Below, one piece after another: positions 1 to 9,829 of a stretch of DNA of 64,000 nucleotides. The notes under the pieces were generated by a model. The model did no database searches and had not been told where the DNA came from. It saw nothing but the letters and a program-made list of their open reading frames with translations. Both the position numbers and the translations under genes were made by a program. Position 1 is the stretch's first letter. Each line of letters opens with the position of its first letter. The stretch is taken from assembly GCA_946614035.1 (NCBI GenBank), contig CAMOGJ010000009.1:586-64585 (forward strand). Direction: 5' to 3'. Source of the DNA: an uncultured Clostridia bacterium. Its GTDB lineage: Bacteria > Bacillota > Clostridia > Christensenellales > CAG-138.

Positions 1-590
1 TGCGCGGTCGGTGCCTTGCCCGGCTGAATGACGAACGGGCTCTTGATCGACAGATCGACCGCGATGACCGCATCCGCGCCGTGTTCGCGCAAGACCTCCA
101 CGGGCAGCTCCTGCAGCGTGCCGCCGTCGATGTACCAATGCCCCTGCACGTATGCGGGCGTAAAGACGCCGGGCACCGCCATGCTGGCGCGCGCCGCCTC
201 ATGCAGCTTGCAATGGTCGAAGATATGGTATTCGGCGCTTTCGAGGTCGGTTGCGCCGATGAAGCACGGGATGCGCGTATCCTCGATCATCAGTCCGTGC
301 GACAGGGTGCTGATGATTTCCTCGACCTTGCCGCCCGAAAGGACGCCGCCGCGCGTGATGATCGTCGGGTCGATGATGTCCTTCGGCATCAGCGTCACGA
401 GATACTGCTCGAGCAGTTTGAGATCGGTGCCTGCCGCGTAGATCGCCGCGACCAGCGCGCCTGCGCTGCAGCCGGAAATCATGTCGATCGGAACGTTGTG
501 TTCCTCCAATACCTGCAGGACGCCGATGTGCGCCATGCCTCTGCCGCCGCCCGCGCCGAGCGCGAGACCGATTTTCTTCCGTTCACCCAT
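1..590 (-). CDS. Patatin-like phospholipase (partial; C-terminus runs off the left edge)
   Basis: Own minus-strand translation from ATG 588-590: MGERKKIGLALGAGGGRGMAHIGVLQVLEE..ISGCSAGALV..WYIDGG. It has the GxGxxG loop, GxSxG nucleophile elbow and DGG Asp motif, with ACGGAG RBS upstream. Absent from the ORF track because it is open at the edge. Confidence 0.85.
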   Translation of the reverse strand, partial: MGERKKIGLALGAGGGRGMAHIGVLQVLEEHNVPIDMISGCSAGALVAAIYAAGTDLKLLEQYLVTLMPKDIIDPTIITRGGVLSGGKVEEIISTLSHGLMIEDTRIPCFIGATDLESAEYHIFDHCKLHEAARASMAVPGVFTPAYVQGHWYIDGGTLQELPVEVLREHGADAVIAVDLSIKSPFVIQPGKAPTA

Positions 591-635
591 GTTGAGACTC
601 CGTTTCTTTGCGGGACTTTGCCGCCCGCTTGCTGC

Positions 636-664
636 ATTATAACAGACGCGGACGGCAAACGCAA
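636..664 (-). promoter_or_regulatory. Sigma-70-type promoter for the patatin gene (TTGCGT-17-TATAAT)
   Basis: Minus-strand TATAAT at 636-641 and TTGCGT at 659-664, with a 17-nt spacer. Confidence 0.5.
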
Positions 665-668
665 GCGC

Positions 669-2564
669 TTAAGGCGTTTCGTCGTACGGAGCGGGCGTCG
701 GCTCAGGCGTTTTCTCCTTCTCCAGTATGTACAGATCGACGTCGTGCTGCACAATATGGATCGTATGATTCTCCCGATCGTATCGAAGCGTCATGTCGCC
801 CCAGGTAGCGGTATAGTAACCGGTGTCGTATTTCGGATGCAGGAAGAACTGCACTTCTTTGCCGATTCTGTACAACCGTATCGCATCGCCGTCGATCAGG
901 TATTCGCGAGTCTCCCAGCGCGGTACTATCTTATCGTAGCTCAGCTGCTCGTTCACCAGCCGCCACTCCACTTCGTCCGCGGATGAGGAGAACGTCATCT
1001 CGATATACGGATACTTCGTTGCCCATTTGCCGCCCGTCGGCAGCCAGTGACCGTCCAGCTCCGACAGGGGGATCTCGGTGAGCCCCTCGGGCGGGATCGC
1101 ATCGCCGTTTTCATCGGTCCGACGGCAAAAGACCATCCGCGTCATGGACAGATCGTCGTCTTCTATATGGAGCTGATCCATGTCAACCATGCGGAGCGTT
1201 CCGGATACCGTGTCGAAGCCAAAGCACGAGAACATCCCGAACACATCTCTTCTGCCGTTGAGTTGGACCGTGTAAAGCCATGAGGTGGAGTTAAGATATC
1301 CTTCCTTCTGTTCCGTCACGCCGTCATGCTGCGCTTCGAGCGTCGCATAGCCGATCGCGTTCACGCGAAGCGTCATCGTCCAGCCCTCGGCGTAGAGCTG
1401 TCCGTCGATGCCGTCCCAGGTGCCGCAGATCGTCCAGCGGTCGAGCGGCTCCGTCACGCCGGGTACGGGCGAGAACACGAGCGCCGGTTCGGCGCCGGTC
1501 GGCGTCTGACCGTCATATAGCACGGAAAGCCGCAGTTCGCCGGTCTGGGCGTCCCGACCGCCGGTCAAAACGGCGTTATCGGCTGCGAAGGAGAGGATCG
1601 AATCGGCAGCGGTATATACATGCGCGTTCGGATCGGCTTTTCCGCAAAGGCGCACCGCGCAGCGCGCGTCGGTTCTACCGACCGTCAGATGACCGGACAG
1701 GGCGGACAGATCGAAGACGGCAAAACCGGTTTCGACGCGGTCAAGCGCCCATACGCCGCAGAACGCGTCCGTCTCGGCGATTGCAGGCGCGGCGGGGACG
1801 GAGGAGAACATGTCGGCGCGCGCATCGAGATCGCGATAGAACACTGTGCAGACAAAATCGGGCCGCATCACGAGCAGCGCATCGGCGGACAGATCGCGCG
1901 CAAGCAGCAGCGTTTCGCTTTCCGACGTTAGATACAGACCGCCGTCCTGTTCGGTTACGGCATATGTTTTCGCGCCGCCGTCGTCGCTTTGAAGGCCGGT
2001 GACCGTCGCCGTGCCGTTCCGATCGATCACGAGCGTGGAGGGCTTGCCGCCTTCGCCGTCGTCGGAGGTCCACTCGCCTTCGAGCGAATCGGGATCGTAC
2101 GGATGCTCCGGCAGCTCGATCGGATCGGGCGCGTCGGCGGGAACGGTCGGTTCCAGTTCGTCGTAGGGCAGCGCGGAAGCGGCGGCGGTGGGAGGCGTGT
2201 CGATCGCATCGGCGGGTTTTCTGCTGCCGCCGTCGCGAAGGAACGGCAGTACAACGACGATCAGAAGCGCGGCTGCCGCGGCGGCACCTGCGCCGACGGA
2301 AAGGACCGTCACGAGAATGCGGCGCGCGCGCTCGCGCATCGGCGAGGGCGTCCGGCTTTCCGTCTCCGGCTCGGCTTCAAACGGCTCGGACGGCGCGGCG
2401 GAACGCTTCGCGTGCGAACCGCCGTTGAGCGCGGCAAGGAACCGGCGGCGCGATTCGTCGGGAACCGGCACGAACGACGTTTCGAGCTGCATTCTGCGCC
2501 CCTGCGCCTCGGCGTCCAGCTGCACGGCTTCGCGCAGCAGAGCTTCAAATTCACGCTTTTTCAT
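669..2564 (-). CDS. Membrane-anchored anti-sigma-factor-like protein with large extracytoplasmic domain
   Basis: ORF 669..2570. Start moved to the second ATG (2564) because GGAGGA sits 5 nt upstream. It overlaps the stop of the upstream sigma gene by 14 nt. One TM segment (ILVTVLSVGAGAAAAAALLIVVVLPFL) follows a short cytoplasmic N-terminus. The ectodomain has repeated GxW modules. Confidence 0.65.
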   Translation of the reverse strand: MKKREFEALLREAVQLDAEAQGRRMQLETSFVPVPDESRRRFLAALNGGSHAKRSAAPSEPFEAEPETESRTPSPMRERARRILVTVLSVGAGAAAAAALLIVVVLPFLRDGGSRKPADAIDTPPTAAASALPYDELEPTVPADAPDPIELPEHPYDPDSLEGEWTSDDGEGGKPSTLVIDRNGTATVTGLQSDDGGAKTYAVTEQDGGLYLTSESETLLLARDLSADALLVMRPDFVCTVFYRDLDARADMFSSVPAAPAIAETDAFCGVWALDRVETGFAVFDLSALSGHLTVGRTDARCAVRLCGKADPNAHVYTAADSILSFAADNAVLTGGRDAQTGELRLSVLYDGQTPTGAEPALVFSPVPGVTEPLDRWTICGTWDGIDGQLYAEGWTMTLRVNAIGYATLEAQHDGVTEQKEGYLNSTSWLYTVQLNGRRDVFGMFSCFGFDTVSGTLRMVDMDQLHIEDDDLSMTRMVFCRRTDENGDAIPPEGLTEIPLSELDGHWLPTGGKWATKYPYIEMTFSSSADEVEWRLVNEQLSYDKIVPRWETREYLIDGDAIRLYRIGKEVQFFLHPKYDTGYYTATWGDMTLRYDRENHTIHIVQHDVDLYILEKEKTPEPTPAPYDETP

Positions 2565-3096
2565 CGGCATCCTCCTTACACAGTTCCAGCACGGCCTTGC
2601 GCGCCCGCATCAGATAGACCCGGACGGAGTTCTTTCGCACACCGAGCAGCTTCGCGATCTCGCGATCGTTCAAATCAAGCAGATACTTATAGCGCAGGAC
2701 CTCCTTGTACGCATCCGGCAGACGCGTGAACGCGGCGAGCACCTGTTCGAGCGTCAGCGTGCGGATCGTCTTTTCCTCGACCGAGACGTCGTCTCCGTCG
2801 AGCAGATCGTCCTGCGGGAGTTCGGTAAACCGCCGCCTGTCGCGCAGACGGTTCAGCGCGGTGCGCTTCACGGCAGTCAGCAGATAGAACGGACGCGCGT
2901 CCGGCGCGAGATCGCGAACGGTGTCGATGCGGCGCATACACTTGATAAACGTATCCTGCACCGCGTCCTCCGCTTCCGACTCGTCGTGCAGAATCCCCAT
3001 CGCCGTCACCTTCATGCGGTGATAGGTTTCGTCGAACAGCTCGGTCAGAAGGATCGCGTCCGCTTCGCTGTCGGTCAGCGCAAGCAATAGAATCAT
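2551..3096 (-). CDS. RNA polymerase sigma-70 family (ECF-type) sigma factor
   Basis: 181 aa. Region 2 (EDAVQDTFIKCMRRI) and region 4 HTH (LNDREIAKLLGVRKNSVRVYLMRARKAV). Translationally coupled to the downstream anti-sigma-like gene. Confidence 0.85.
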   Translation of the reverse strand: MILLLALTDSEADAILLTELFDETYHRMKVTAMGILHDESEAEDAVQDTFIKCMRRIDTVRDLAPDARPFYLLTAVKRTALNRLRDRRRFTELPQDDLLDGDDVSVEEKTIRTLTLEQVLAAFTRLPDAYKEVLRYKYLLDLNDREIAKLLGVRKNSVRVYLMRARKAVLELCKEDADEKA

Positions 3097-3236
3097 AACC
3101 TTCAGATACCCTTTCCCTCAGTTCTTCATCATAGAGACACACGAAACGGCAAAAGTGTTACAGGGGGTTTTGGAAAAAATTCCAAAAAGTGCAAAAAAAG
3201 ATCCCGAAACGGGTTCGGGATCGAAAGGGACGGCAT

Positions 3237-3713
3237 TTACTGCCAAAGATCGGCATGTTCGGAGAGATATTTCGCTTCCGCGCCGCCGAGCCAGACCTTC
3301 AAAGCGGAGGTCGCGTTCTCGTTGCGCACCGCGCTGCTGCCGGACGGCGGCTCGAGCACGGTCAGCCCGAAGGGATTGTCGAGCGAAACGCGGATCCAGT
3401 TCGCGGCTTCGAGGTTGGCGATGACCGTTTCGTCCTTCAAAACGGCGATGCAGGCGGGCGCGGCGAGCGTCGCGGGATCGTATGCCGCCTCGGTCTTTTC
3501 GGTTACGTCCGTGAAGCTCGGCTGGTAGCCGGTGTTCGCCTGATAGTAGGCGAGCAGGGTCTTGATCGACGCGTCGTCATATGCGAGCACGAAGGTCGGG
3601 TTCTCGGGCGTCTTGGGAACCTGCGAGGAACCGCAGCAGCTCAGCCCGCAGGAGCAGCCGACCGTTGCAAACAGAAATACGGCGATCAAAAGGATCGAAC
3701 AAATCTTTTTCAT
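3237..3713 (-). CDS. Lipoprotein, substrate-binding-protein-like fragment
   Basis: Start set at MKKICSILLIAVFLFATVGCS (lipobox) with GGAGA RBS. No enzymatic motif recognised. Confidence 0.6.
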   Translation of the reverse strand: MKKICSILLIAVFLFATVGCSCGLSCCGSSQVPKTPENPTFVLAYDDASIKTLLAYYQANTGYQPSFTDVTEKTEAAYDPATLAAPACIAVLKDETVIANLEAANWIRVSLDNPFGLTVLEPPSGSSAVRNENATSALKVWLGGAEAKYLSEHADLWQ

Positions 3714-3820
3714 AGGGGTCTCCTTATCGGATAGTCGATTCATATTAGCACACTTTCGATCCGTTCACAAGCCCAAAAATGAAAAAATTCTGCGAATCGG
3801 CGGGCATGTGCCGCAGATGC

Positions 3821-3849
3821 TTGCAATTTGCTGTAAAATCTGATATATT
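3821..3849 (+). promoter_or_regulatory. Promoter of trkAH (TTGCAA-17-TATATT)
   Basis: TTGCAA 3821-3826, 17-nt spacer, TATATT 3844-3849, about 40 nt upstream of the trkA ATG. Confidence 0.55.
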
Positions 3850-3889
3850 TTCTACGTTATATGTTTATACGGTATACGGAGGAACGCTT

Positions 3890-5260
3890 ATGCAAATCAT
3901 CGTCGTCGGCTGCGGGAAAATGGGACAGTCTATTGCGGTACAGCTTGTCGAGGAAGGACACCGGGTGACGATCGTGGATCAGAGCGAGTCGGTCATCGAG
4001 CAGATCAGCAACACGCAGGACGTGATCGGCTATGTCGGCAACGGCGCCGTCTTTTCGGTGCTCGAATCGGCGGGCGCGAAGGACGCGGACCTGATGCTGG
4101 CGCTGACCGAGAGCGACGAGCTGAACCTGCTTTCTTGCCTGATCGCGCACAAGATCGGCGCAAAGCACACCGTCGCGCGCGTCAGAAACCCCGAATACGC
4201 GGCACATATGTACCAGATTTCCGACGATCTCGGTCTTTCGATGACGGTCAATCCCGACAAGCAGGCGGCGGAGGAGATTGCGCGGATCCTGCGCTTCCCC
4301 GCGGCGATGCACGTGGAGCTGTTCGCGAACGGACGCGTGGAGCTCGTCTCGGCGCGGCTGCCCGAGAAGAGCATTCTGAACGGCGTTCCGCTGTACGAGC
4401 TGCCGCAGAAGCTCGGCGGCAAGGTGCTGATCTGCGCGGTCGAGCGAAACGGAACGTACACGATCCCCGGCGGCTCGTTCGTGCTGCAGGGCAGCGATAC
4501 GCTGTACCTGACCGGCGCGCCGCGCGAGGTCGCAAAGACGCTGCGCAAGGCGGGCGTGCTCGCGAACCCGGTCCGCTCGGTCATCATCGGCGGCGGCGGA
4601 CGCATCAGCTACTATCTCGCGCAGGAGCTTTTGAAGAGCAATATTACGGTCAAGATCATCGAGCGCAGCCACGAGCGCGCCCGCGCGATGGCGGAGCAGC
4701 TGCCCGACGCGGTCGTTCTGAACGGCGACGTGACCGACCATGAACTGCTGCAGGAGGAGGGCATCGAATCGACCGACGCGTTCGTCGCGCTGACCGGTCT
4801 CGACGAGGGCAACATCCTCTCCGCACTGTACGCCAAGCGCCGCAGAGTGTCGAAGGTCATCGCCAAGGTCAACAACGATTCGCTCGAAACGCTCGTCAAG
4901 GACGTCGCGCTCGAATCGGTCATTTCGCCCAAGCGCGTCGCGACCAACCGCATCCTGCGCTACGTTCGCTCGCGCGAGGCGGGCGCGGAACAGGGCGAGA
5001 TCCGCGGGCTCTATAAGATCGCGGACGGCTCGATCGAGGTGCTCGAGTTCGTGGCGAATCCGGAGAACCGGAATCTGCTCGACATTCCGCTGAAGGATCT
5101 GAAAACGAAAAAGCATATCCTGATCGCCTGCATCGTGCGAAACGGCAAGGCGATCATCCCCGGCGGCATGGACTGCATCCAGGCGGGCGATACCGTGATG
5201 GTCGTGACGGAGCAGCGGCTCATGAACGACCTCGGCGACATTATGGAGGAAGCCAAATGA
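3890..5260 (+). CDS. trkA: Trk system K+ uptake protein TrkA (double RCK/NAD-binding)
   Basis: Start at MQIIVVGCGKMGQS (GxGxxG Rossmann) after GGAGGA RBS. A second Rossmann motif (VIIGGGGRISYY) lies mid-protein. About 456 aa, typical TrkA size. Confidence 0.9.
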   Translation: MQIIVVGCGKMGQSIAVQLVEEGHRVTIVDQSESVIEQISNTQDVIGYVGNGAVFSVLESAGAKDADLMLALTESDELNLLSCLIAHKIGAKHTVARVRNPEYAAHMYQISDDLGLSMTVNPDKQAAEEIARILRFPAAMHVELFANGRVELVSARLPEKSILNGVPLYELPQKLGGKVLICAVERNGTYTIPGGSFVLQGSDTLYLTGAPREVAKTLRKAGVLANPVRSVIIGGGGRISYYLAQELLKSNITVKIIERSHERARAMAEQLPDAVVLNGDVTDHELLQEEGIESTDAFVALTGLDEGNILSALYAKRRRVSKVIAKVNNDSLETLVKDVALESVISPKRVATNRILRYVRSREAGAEQGEIRGLYKIADGSIEVLEFVANPENRNLLDIPLKDLKTKKHILIACIVRNGKAIIPGGMDCIQAGDTVMVVTEQRLMNDLGDIMEEAK

Positions 5261-6702
5261 ACCGGCGCATGGTCGTATTCCTGCTGAGCCGCATCCTGTT
5301 CGCGGAAGCGATTCTGATGCTGCCGTCGGTCATCGTCGGGCTCATCTACCGCGAAGCGATCACATGGTGCTTTCTGCCCGCGATCGGCGCGCTGCTGCTG
5401 CTGAGCCTATTCGGACTCAAAAAGCCGAAGAACACGGCGATCTACGCGCGCGAGGGATTCCTCGTCGTCGCGGCGGCGTGGGTTTTGATGTCGCTGTTCG
5501 GCGCGGTGCCGTTTTGGCTGTCCGGCGAGTTTGACTCGATCTGGGACTGCATTTTCGAGATCGTTTCCGGCTTTACCACGACCGGCGCGTCGATCCTGAG
5601 CTCCGTCGAGCAGCTTCCGCACTGCATCCTCTTCTGGAGAAGCTTTTCGCATTGGATCGGCGGCATGGGCGTTCTGGTGTTCGTGCTTGCGGTCATGCCG
5701 ATGGGTGAGGAGCGCTCGATGCACCTGATGCGCGCCGAGGTGCCCGGACCCGTCGTCGGCAAGCTCGTGCCGCGCATGCGCGATACCGCGAAGATCCTGT
5801 ACACGGTCTATGCGGCGATGACGCTGCTGCTGGTCATTCTGCTGGTTGCGGGCGGCATGCCGCTGTTCGATTCCGTCTGCCACGCGTTCGGCGCGGCGGG
5901 CACGGGCGGATTCGCAATCAAAAATACGGGAATTGCGTACTATAACAGCGCGTATATCGATATCGTGCTTTCGGTCTTCATGCTGCTGTTCGGGGTCAAT
6001 TTCAGTCTGTATCATCTGATTCTGATCGGAAGGATCAAAAATGCGATCCGCTCCGAGGAACTGCATGTATACATCGGCATCGTCGCCGCAACGGTCGCAA
6101 TGATCGCGGTCAATACCCTTTCGATCTACCAAAACGTCGGGCTTACGCTGCGAAACGCATTCTTCCAGGTTTCTTCGATCATCACGACCACCGGCTATTC
6201 GACGGTCGATTTCAATCGGTGGCCGGCGTTTTCCCGGATGATCCTCCTGCTTCTGATGATGATCGGCGCATGCGCGGGATCGACCGGCGGCGCGATGAAA
6301 GTCAGCCGCGTCGTGATCCTGTTCAAAGGCGTACGGCAGGAGGTGCGCCGTTTGCTGCATCCGCGCGCCGTCACCGTCGTGCGCATGGAGGGGCATACGG
6401 TGAACAGCGGGCTGCTGCGCGCGACGCTGATCTTTTTCGTGATGTACATTGCCTGCCTCGCGATCGGCACGCTGCTGCTGTCGCTCGGCGAACCGGATTT
6501 TGAAACGAACTTTACCGCCGCGGTCGCGTGCCTCGGCAACATCGGACCCGGCTTTGCAAAGGTCGGAGCGACCGGCAATTACGGGTTCTATTCCGGCGCG
6601 TCGAAGGTGCTGCTGTCGCTCGAAATGCTGGCGGGGCGGCTGGAACTGTTCCCGATCATCATTCTGTTCAGCCCGGCGACCTACCGGCGCGTGGGAAAAT
6701 AA
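5257..6702 (+). CDS. trkH: Trk-type K+ transporter membrane subunit TrkH
   Basis: 481 aa polytopic membrane protein with ATGA overlap with trkA. Repeated pore-loop-like TTTG/TGGF/TTTGYS/STGG motifs. Confidence 0.9.
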   Translation: MNRRMVVFLLSRILFAEAILMLPSVIVGLIYREAITWCFLPAIGALLLLSLFGLKKPKNTAIYAREGFLVVAAAWVLMSLFGAVPFWLSGEFDSIWDCIFEIVSGFTTTGASILSSVEQLPHCILFWRSFSHWIGGMGVLVFVLAVMPMGEERSMHLMRAEVPGPVVGKLVPRMRDTAKILYTVYAAMTLLLVILLVAGGMPLFDSVCHAFGAAGTGGFAIKNTGIAYYNSAYIDIVLSVFMLLFGVNFSLYHLILIGRIKNAIRSEELHVYIGIVAATVAMIAVNTLSIYQNVGLTLRNAFFQVSSIITTTGYSTVDFNRWPAFSRMILLLLMMIGACAGSTGGAMKVSRVVILFKGVRQEVRRLLHPRAVTVVRMEGHTVNSGLLRATLIFFVMYIACLAIGTLLLSLGEPDFETNFTAAVACLGNIGPGFAKVGATGNYGFYSGASKVLLSLEMLAGRLELFPIIILFSPATYRRVGK

Positions 6703-6710
6703 TGAAAAAC

Positions 6711-6738
6711 GGATCGCCCTTTCGGACGATCCTTTTTT
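6711..6738. terminator. Bidirectional intrinsic terminator between trkH and ktrA
   Basis: GGATCG..CGATCC stem flanked by an A-run and a T-run, between convergent genes. Confidence 0.6.
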
Positions 6739-6747
6739 CTATTCGGA

Positions 6748-7392
6748 TTAAAACAGCTTATCGAGAGAACCGTGCTCCGTAACCGCAAACAATTCGCACG
6801 TTTCGGACAGCGGCTCGTCGGGATTCGGCGACGCGCTCGTCTTGCCGTTTTCCCGAATGGCAACGATATTCAGACGGTACCTGTCGCGCAGCCTGAGCTC
6901 GCGAAGCGTTTTGCCGATCCAATCCTTTTTCGGCTTCAGACTGCATACGCACAGCTCGCTGCCGAGGTCGAAGAATTCAATGAAATCGGAGGACAGCAGG
7001 CGGCGCGCGGTCGCCTCCGCGCTTTCTTTTTCCGGGTAGACGATCTCATCCGCGCCGACCCGCCGCAGAATATCGCCCATGCGCAGAGAAGCCGCCTTTG
7101 CGATCACATGCGGGATGCCCATCTCCTTTGCAACCATGACGCACATGATGCTGGATTCGAGACTGCTGCCCATCGATACCACGACCGTATCGACGTCGTT
7201 CAGCCCGAGGTTGCGGATCGCGCCCGGCTCGTTCAGATCCGCTTTGACGGCGCAGCTTACCATAGGGGCAAAGCGCTGGATGATTTCTTCATCATCGTCG
7301 GCGACCAGCACGTCCGCACCCTGCCGGCAGAGCGCATCGGCTAAAAACTGTCCGTATCTGCCGAGCCCCAGTACAGCAATCGATTTTTTCAT
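6748..7392 (-). CDS. ktrA: K+ uptake peripheral subunit KtrA (TrkA-N/TrkA-C)
   Basis: Start at MKKSIAVLGLGRYGQFLA (GxGxxG). About 214 aa with a C-terminal RCK_C-like region. Lies directly downstream of ktrB. Confidence 0.85.
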   Translation of the reverse strand: MKKSIAVLGLGRYGQFLADALCRQGADVLVADDDEEIIQRFAPMVSCAVKADLNEPGAIRNLGLNDVDTVVVSMGSSLESSIMCVMVAKEMGIPHVIAKAASLRMGDILRRVGADEIVYPEKESAEATARRLLSSDFIEFFDLGSELCVCSLKPKKDWIGKTLRELRLRDRYRLNIVAIRENGKTSASPNPDEPLSETCELFAVTEHGSLDKLF

Positions 7393-7408
7393 AACAGCCT
7401 CCTTGTGT

Positions 7409-8773
7409 TTATCCGACGAAATAGTGTCCGGCAGCAAACCGGATGTCATTTTTGCCCGATGACTGCCGAAGGAAGAACAGCGCGAGAGAAATCGGACCGA
7501 TTCTTCCGAGATACATGCAGACGATGATCAGCCATCTGCCGAACACGGTCAGCTGCGGCGTCAGCCCGCGCGACAGTCCGACGGTCGCCGTTGCGCTGAA
7601 CACCTCATACACGGCGTCCTGCAGCGGTACGCGATCGACCGAAACGAGCAGGACGATCGAGAACAGCGACAGAAGAAAGCTGAACGCGAGGATCGCCACC
7701 GCTTTTTTGACAAGATCTTCGGACACGCGCCTGCGGAACACGACGGTTTCCGATCTGTGACGCACGAACGAGAACGCTTCCAGCAGCAGCACGGCGACGG
7801 TGACCGTCTTCACGCCGCCAGCGGTGCCCATCGGAGAACCGCCGATGAACATCAGCGCGCTTCCGAGCAGCACGGAACCGTCGGTCAATCCGGATTGCGG
7901 AACGGAAGCGAAGCCCGCCGTGCGGTATGTGACGGACTGGAACAACGCATTCAGGACCTTAAGACCGGGGGACATTTGACCGAGCGTTTGCGGATTGCGC
8001 GATTCCAGCAGCAGCGTTGCGGCGGCGCCGAACAGGATCAGCACGGCGGTCGCGCAGAAGACGAGCTTGCTGTGCTCGCCGAGATGCCGGAAATACCAGC
8101 GGACACCGTAACGGTGCCGGATCGACTCGTGCGCCTTCGACATCGAATCGAACCAGACGATGTAGCCGAGACCGCCGACGACGATCAGCAGCATCGTCAC
8201 GGTCAGGACATATGCGCTTTGCTGATACGGGATCAGACTGTCCGGTCCGAGCAGGTCGAGCCCCGCGTTGCAGAATGCGGAGATCGAATGAAATACCGCA
8301 TACCAGATCCCGCGGACCGGTCCGAACTGCGGAACGAACGCGAAGGCATAGAGCAGCGCGCCGATCCCTTCCATCGCGAATACGCCGAGCACGACCCTGC
8401 GCAGAAAACGCAGTACGTCGTGCAGAGAATCGAGATCAAACGCGTCGCGCAAAAGCACGCGGTCGCGGATGCTGAACGATTTACGCAGCATCAGCAAAAG
8501 CGACGACGAGACGGCGACGATGCCGAGCCCGCCTGCCTGGATCAGAACGAGAATGACGATCTTGCCGAACAGGGACCAGTACGCGTACGTGTCGACGACG
8601 ACGAGACCGGTCACGCAGACCGAGGTCGTTGCCGTAAACAGCGCGGTCAGAAACGGAGCGCGCTGTCCGCTCGCCGTTGCGAACGGCAGCGATAACAGAC
8701 CTGTTCCGAGCAGGATCAGCAACAGGAATCCAAGCGGTATGATCTGTGTGGAGGACAGCCCTCGTCTTTGCAT
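7409..8773 (-). CDS. ktrB: K+ transporter membrane subunit KtrB (TrkH family)
   Basis: Polytopic membrane protein with TATTSVCVTG, NAGLD, YRTAGF and TATVGLS pore-loop motifs. Start is ambiguous between ATG 8779 and 8773; 8773 has better spacing from GGAAAGGGA. Confidence 0.85.
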   Translation of the reverse strand: MQRRGLSSTQIIPLGFLLLILLGTGLLSLPFATASGQRAPFLTALFTATTSVCVTGLVVVDTYAYWSLFGKIVILVLIQAGGLGIVAVSSSLLLMLRKSFSIRDRVLLRDAFDLDSLHDVLRFLRRVVLGVFAMEGIGALLYAFAFVPQFGPVRGIWYAVFHSISAFCNAGLDLLGPDSLIPYQQSAYVLTVTMLLIVVGGLGYIVWFDSMSKAHESIRHRYGVRWYFRHLGEHSKLVFCATAVLILFGAAATLLLESRNPQTLGQMSPGLKVLNALFQSVTYRTAGFASVPQSGLTDGSVLLGSALMFIGGSPMGTAGGVKTVTVAVLLLEAFSFVRHRSETVVFRRRVSEDLVKKAVAILAFSFLLSLFSIVLLVSVDRVPLQDAVYEVFSATATVGLSRGLTPQLTVFGRWLIIVCMYLGRIGPISLALFFLRQSSGKNDIRFAAGHYFVG

Positions 8774-8813
8774 ACGCATTCCCTTTCCGGCGACGAAGAA
8801 ATCATAATAAGAT

Positions 8814-8842
8814 ATTATATCTTTTTCGCGGCGGTTTTGCAA
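8814..8842 (-). promoter_or_regulatory. Promoter of ktrBA (TTGCAA-17-TATAAT)
   Basis: Minus-strand TTGCAA at 8837-8842, 17-nt spacer, TATAAT at 8814-8819. Confidence 0.65.
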
Positions 8843-8869
8843 GACTGTATGCGCAAACGCCGCATGCGG

Positions 8870-9697
8870 TTATCGCAGCAGCGCTCTGAGCGATTCGGCC
8901 TCCGACACGGTCAGGGGTTTATCGGAGATCATGCGGTAGAGGTATTGAAAGATCGCGTCAAACGGCGGCTCGCCCGAAAGCTCGACGTGCCGGTCCATCC
9001 AATAGGCGATCGCCATCGAGTCGGACGGGTTCAGAAACGTCACCGGCTGCACATCCGCAAGCAGCTCGCGCAGCGAGCGCAGGGTCACATCCGTTTCCGA
9101 TTCGATCGAGAACGTTCCGACCGGCGCTGGCGCGGGCTTTTGCGCTTTTTTGCGGTACGGACGGATATCGCGCGGGTCGGGACCGTATTCGGCGAGCAGC
9201 TCGCGATAGAGCCGGTAGCAGGCGAGCGCGTCGCACAGCGCGTCGTGGTGGTTGTCCAGCGGAATGTCGAACGCCGCGCAGAGCGTGTCGAGCCGATAGG
9301 AGCCGTACGTTTCGCGCGCAAAGCGCCGCCGCGCCATCTGCACGGTGCAGGCGTAGGTAAACTCCGGCGCAGGGATGCCGTATCGTTCGCAGACGGCGGT
9401 GACGGCGCCGAGGTCGAACGCCGCGTTGTGCGCGACGGTCACGCTGCCGGAAAAGTACCCTGCGATGCGCGGCCAGACCTGCGAAAACGTCGGCGCGTTC
9501 GATACGTCCGCGGGCGTGATGCCGTGGATGCGGATGTTCCATTCGTCGAAGTACGTTTCGGGATCGACGAGGATCGATTCGGTTTTGATAATGTCGCCCG
9601 CTTCGGCGACGACCAGCCCGATCTGGCAGACGGACGGGACCTTGCCGTTCGGGGTTTCGACGTCGAGCGCGACGATGCGATTATATTGCTGTTCCAT
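8870..9697 (-). CDS. DEDDh 3'-5' exonuclease (DnaQ/epsilon-like) with C-terminal extension
   Basis: Start at MEQQYNRIVALDVETPN (Exo I). AHNAAFDL (Exo II). HHDALCDALA (Exo III, H-x4-D). Confidence 0.8.
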   Translation of the reverse strand: MEQQYNRIVALDVETPNGKVPSVCQIGLVVAEAGDIIKTESILVDPETYFDEWNIRIHGITPADVSNAPTFSQVWPRIAGYFSGSVTVAHNAAFDLGAVTAVCERYGIPAPEFTYACTVQMARRRFARETYGSYRLDTLCAAFDIPLDNHHDALCDALACYRLYRELLAEYGPDPRDIRPYRKKAQKPAPAPVGTFSIESETDVTLRSLRELLADVQPVTFLNPSDSMAIAYWMDRHVELSGEPPFDAIFQYLYRMISDKPLTVSEAESLRALLR

Positions 9698-9829
9698 GCA
9701 TCCAGTATAGCAAAGGCGCGGCGGCTTCGCAACGTGAATTTGCAGAATTCGCGGGCGATTCGCTTGCCATCGGGCGGCAATTGTGATATACATTTAAGTA
9801 AGAGTATGATAGGAGTTCTATAGATTCCG

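Noticed and set aside
3744-3889. c-di-AMP (ydaO-type) riboswitch upstream of trkAH or ktrBA (8774..8869)
   Set aside because: Both leaders are short, about 40 nt and 30 nt after the predicted -10 boxes, and lack the conserved ACGGGG/CCGA-type elements.
6711-8842. Two K+ uptake systems (trkAH and ktrBA) arranged convergently as something unusual
   Set aside because: Multiple Trk/Ktr systems per genome are common in Firmicutes. Each has an ordinary promoter and they share a normal terminator, so this was recorded as features only.
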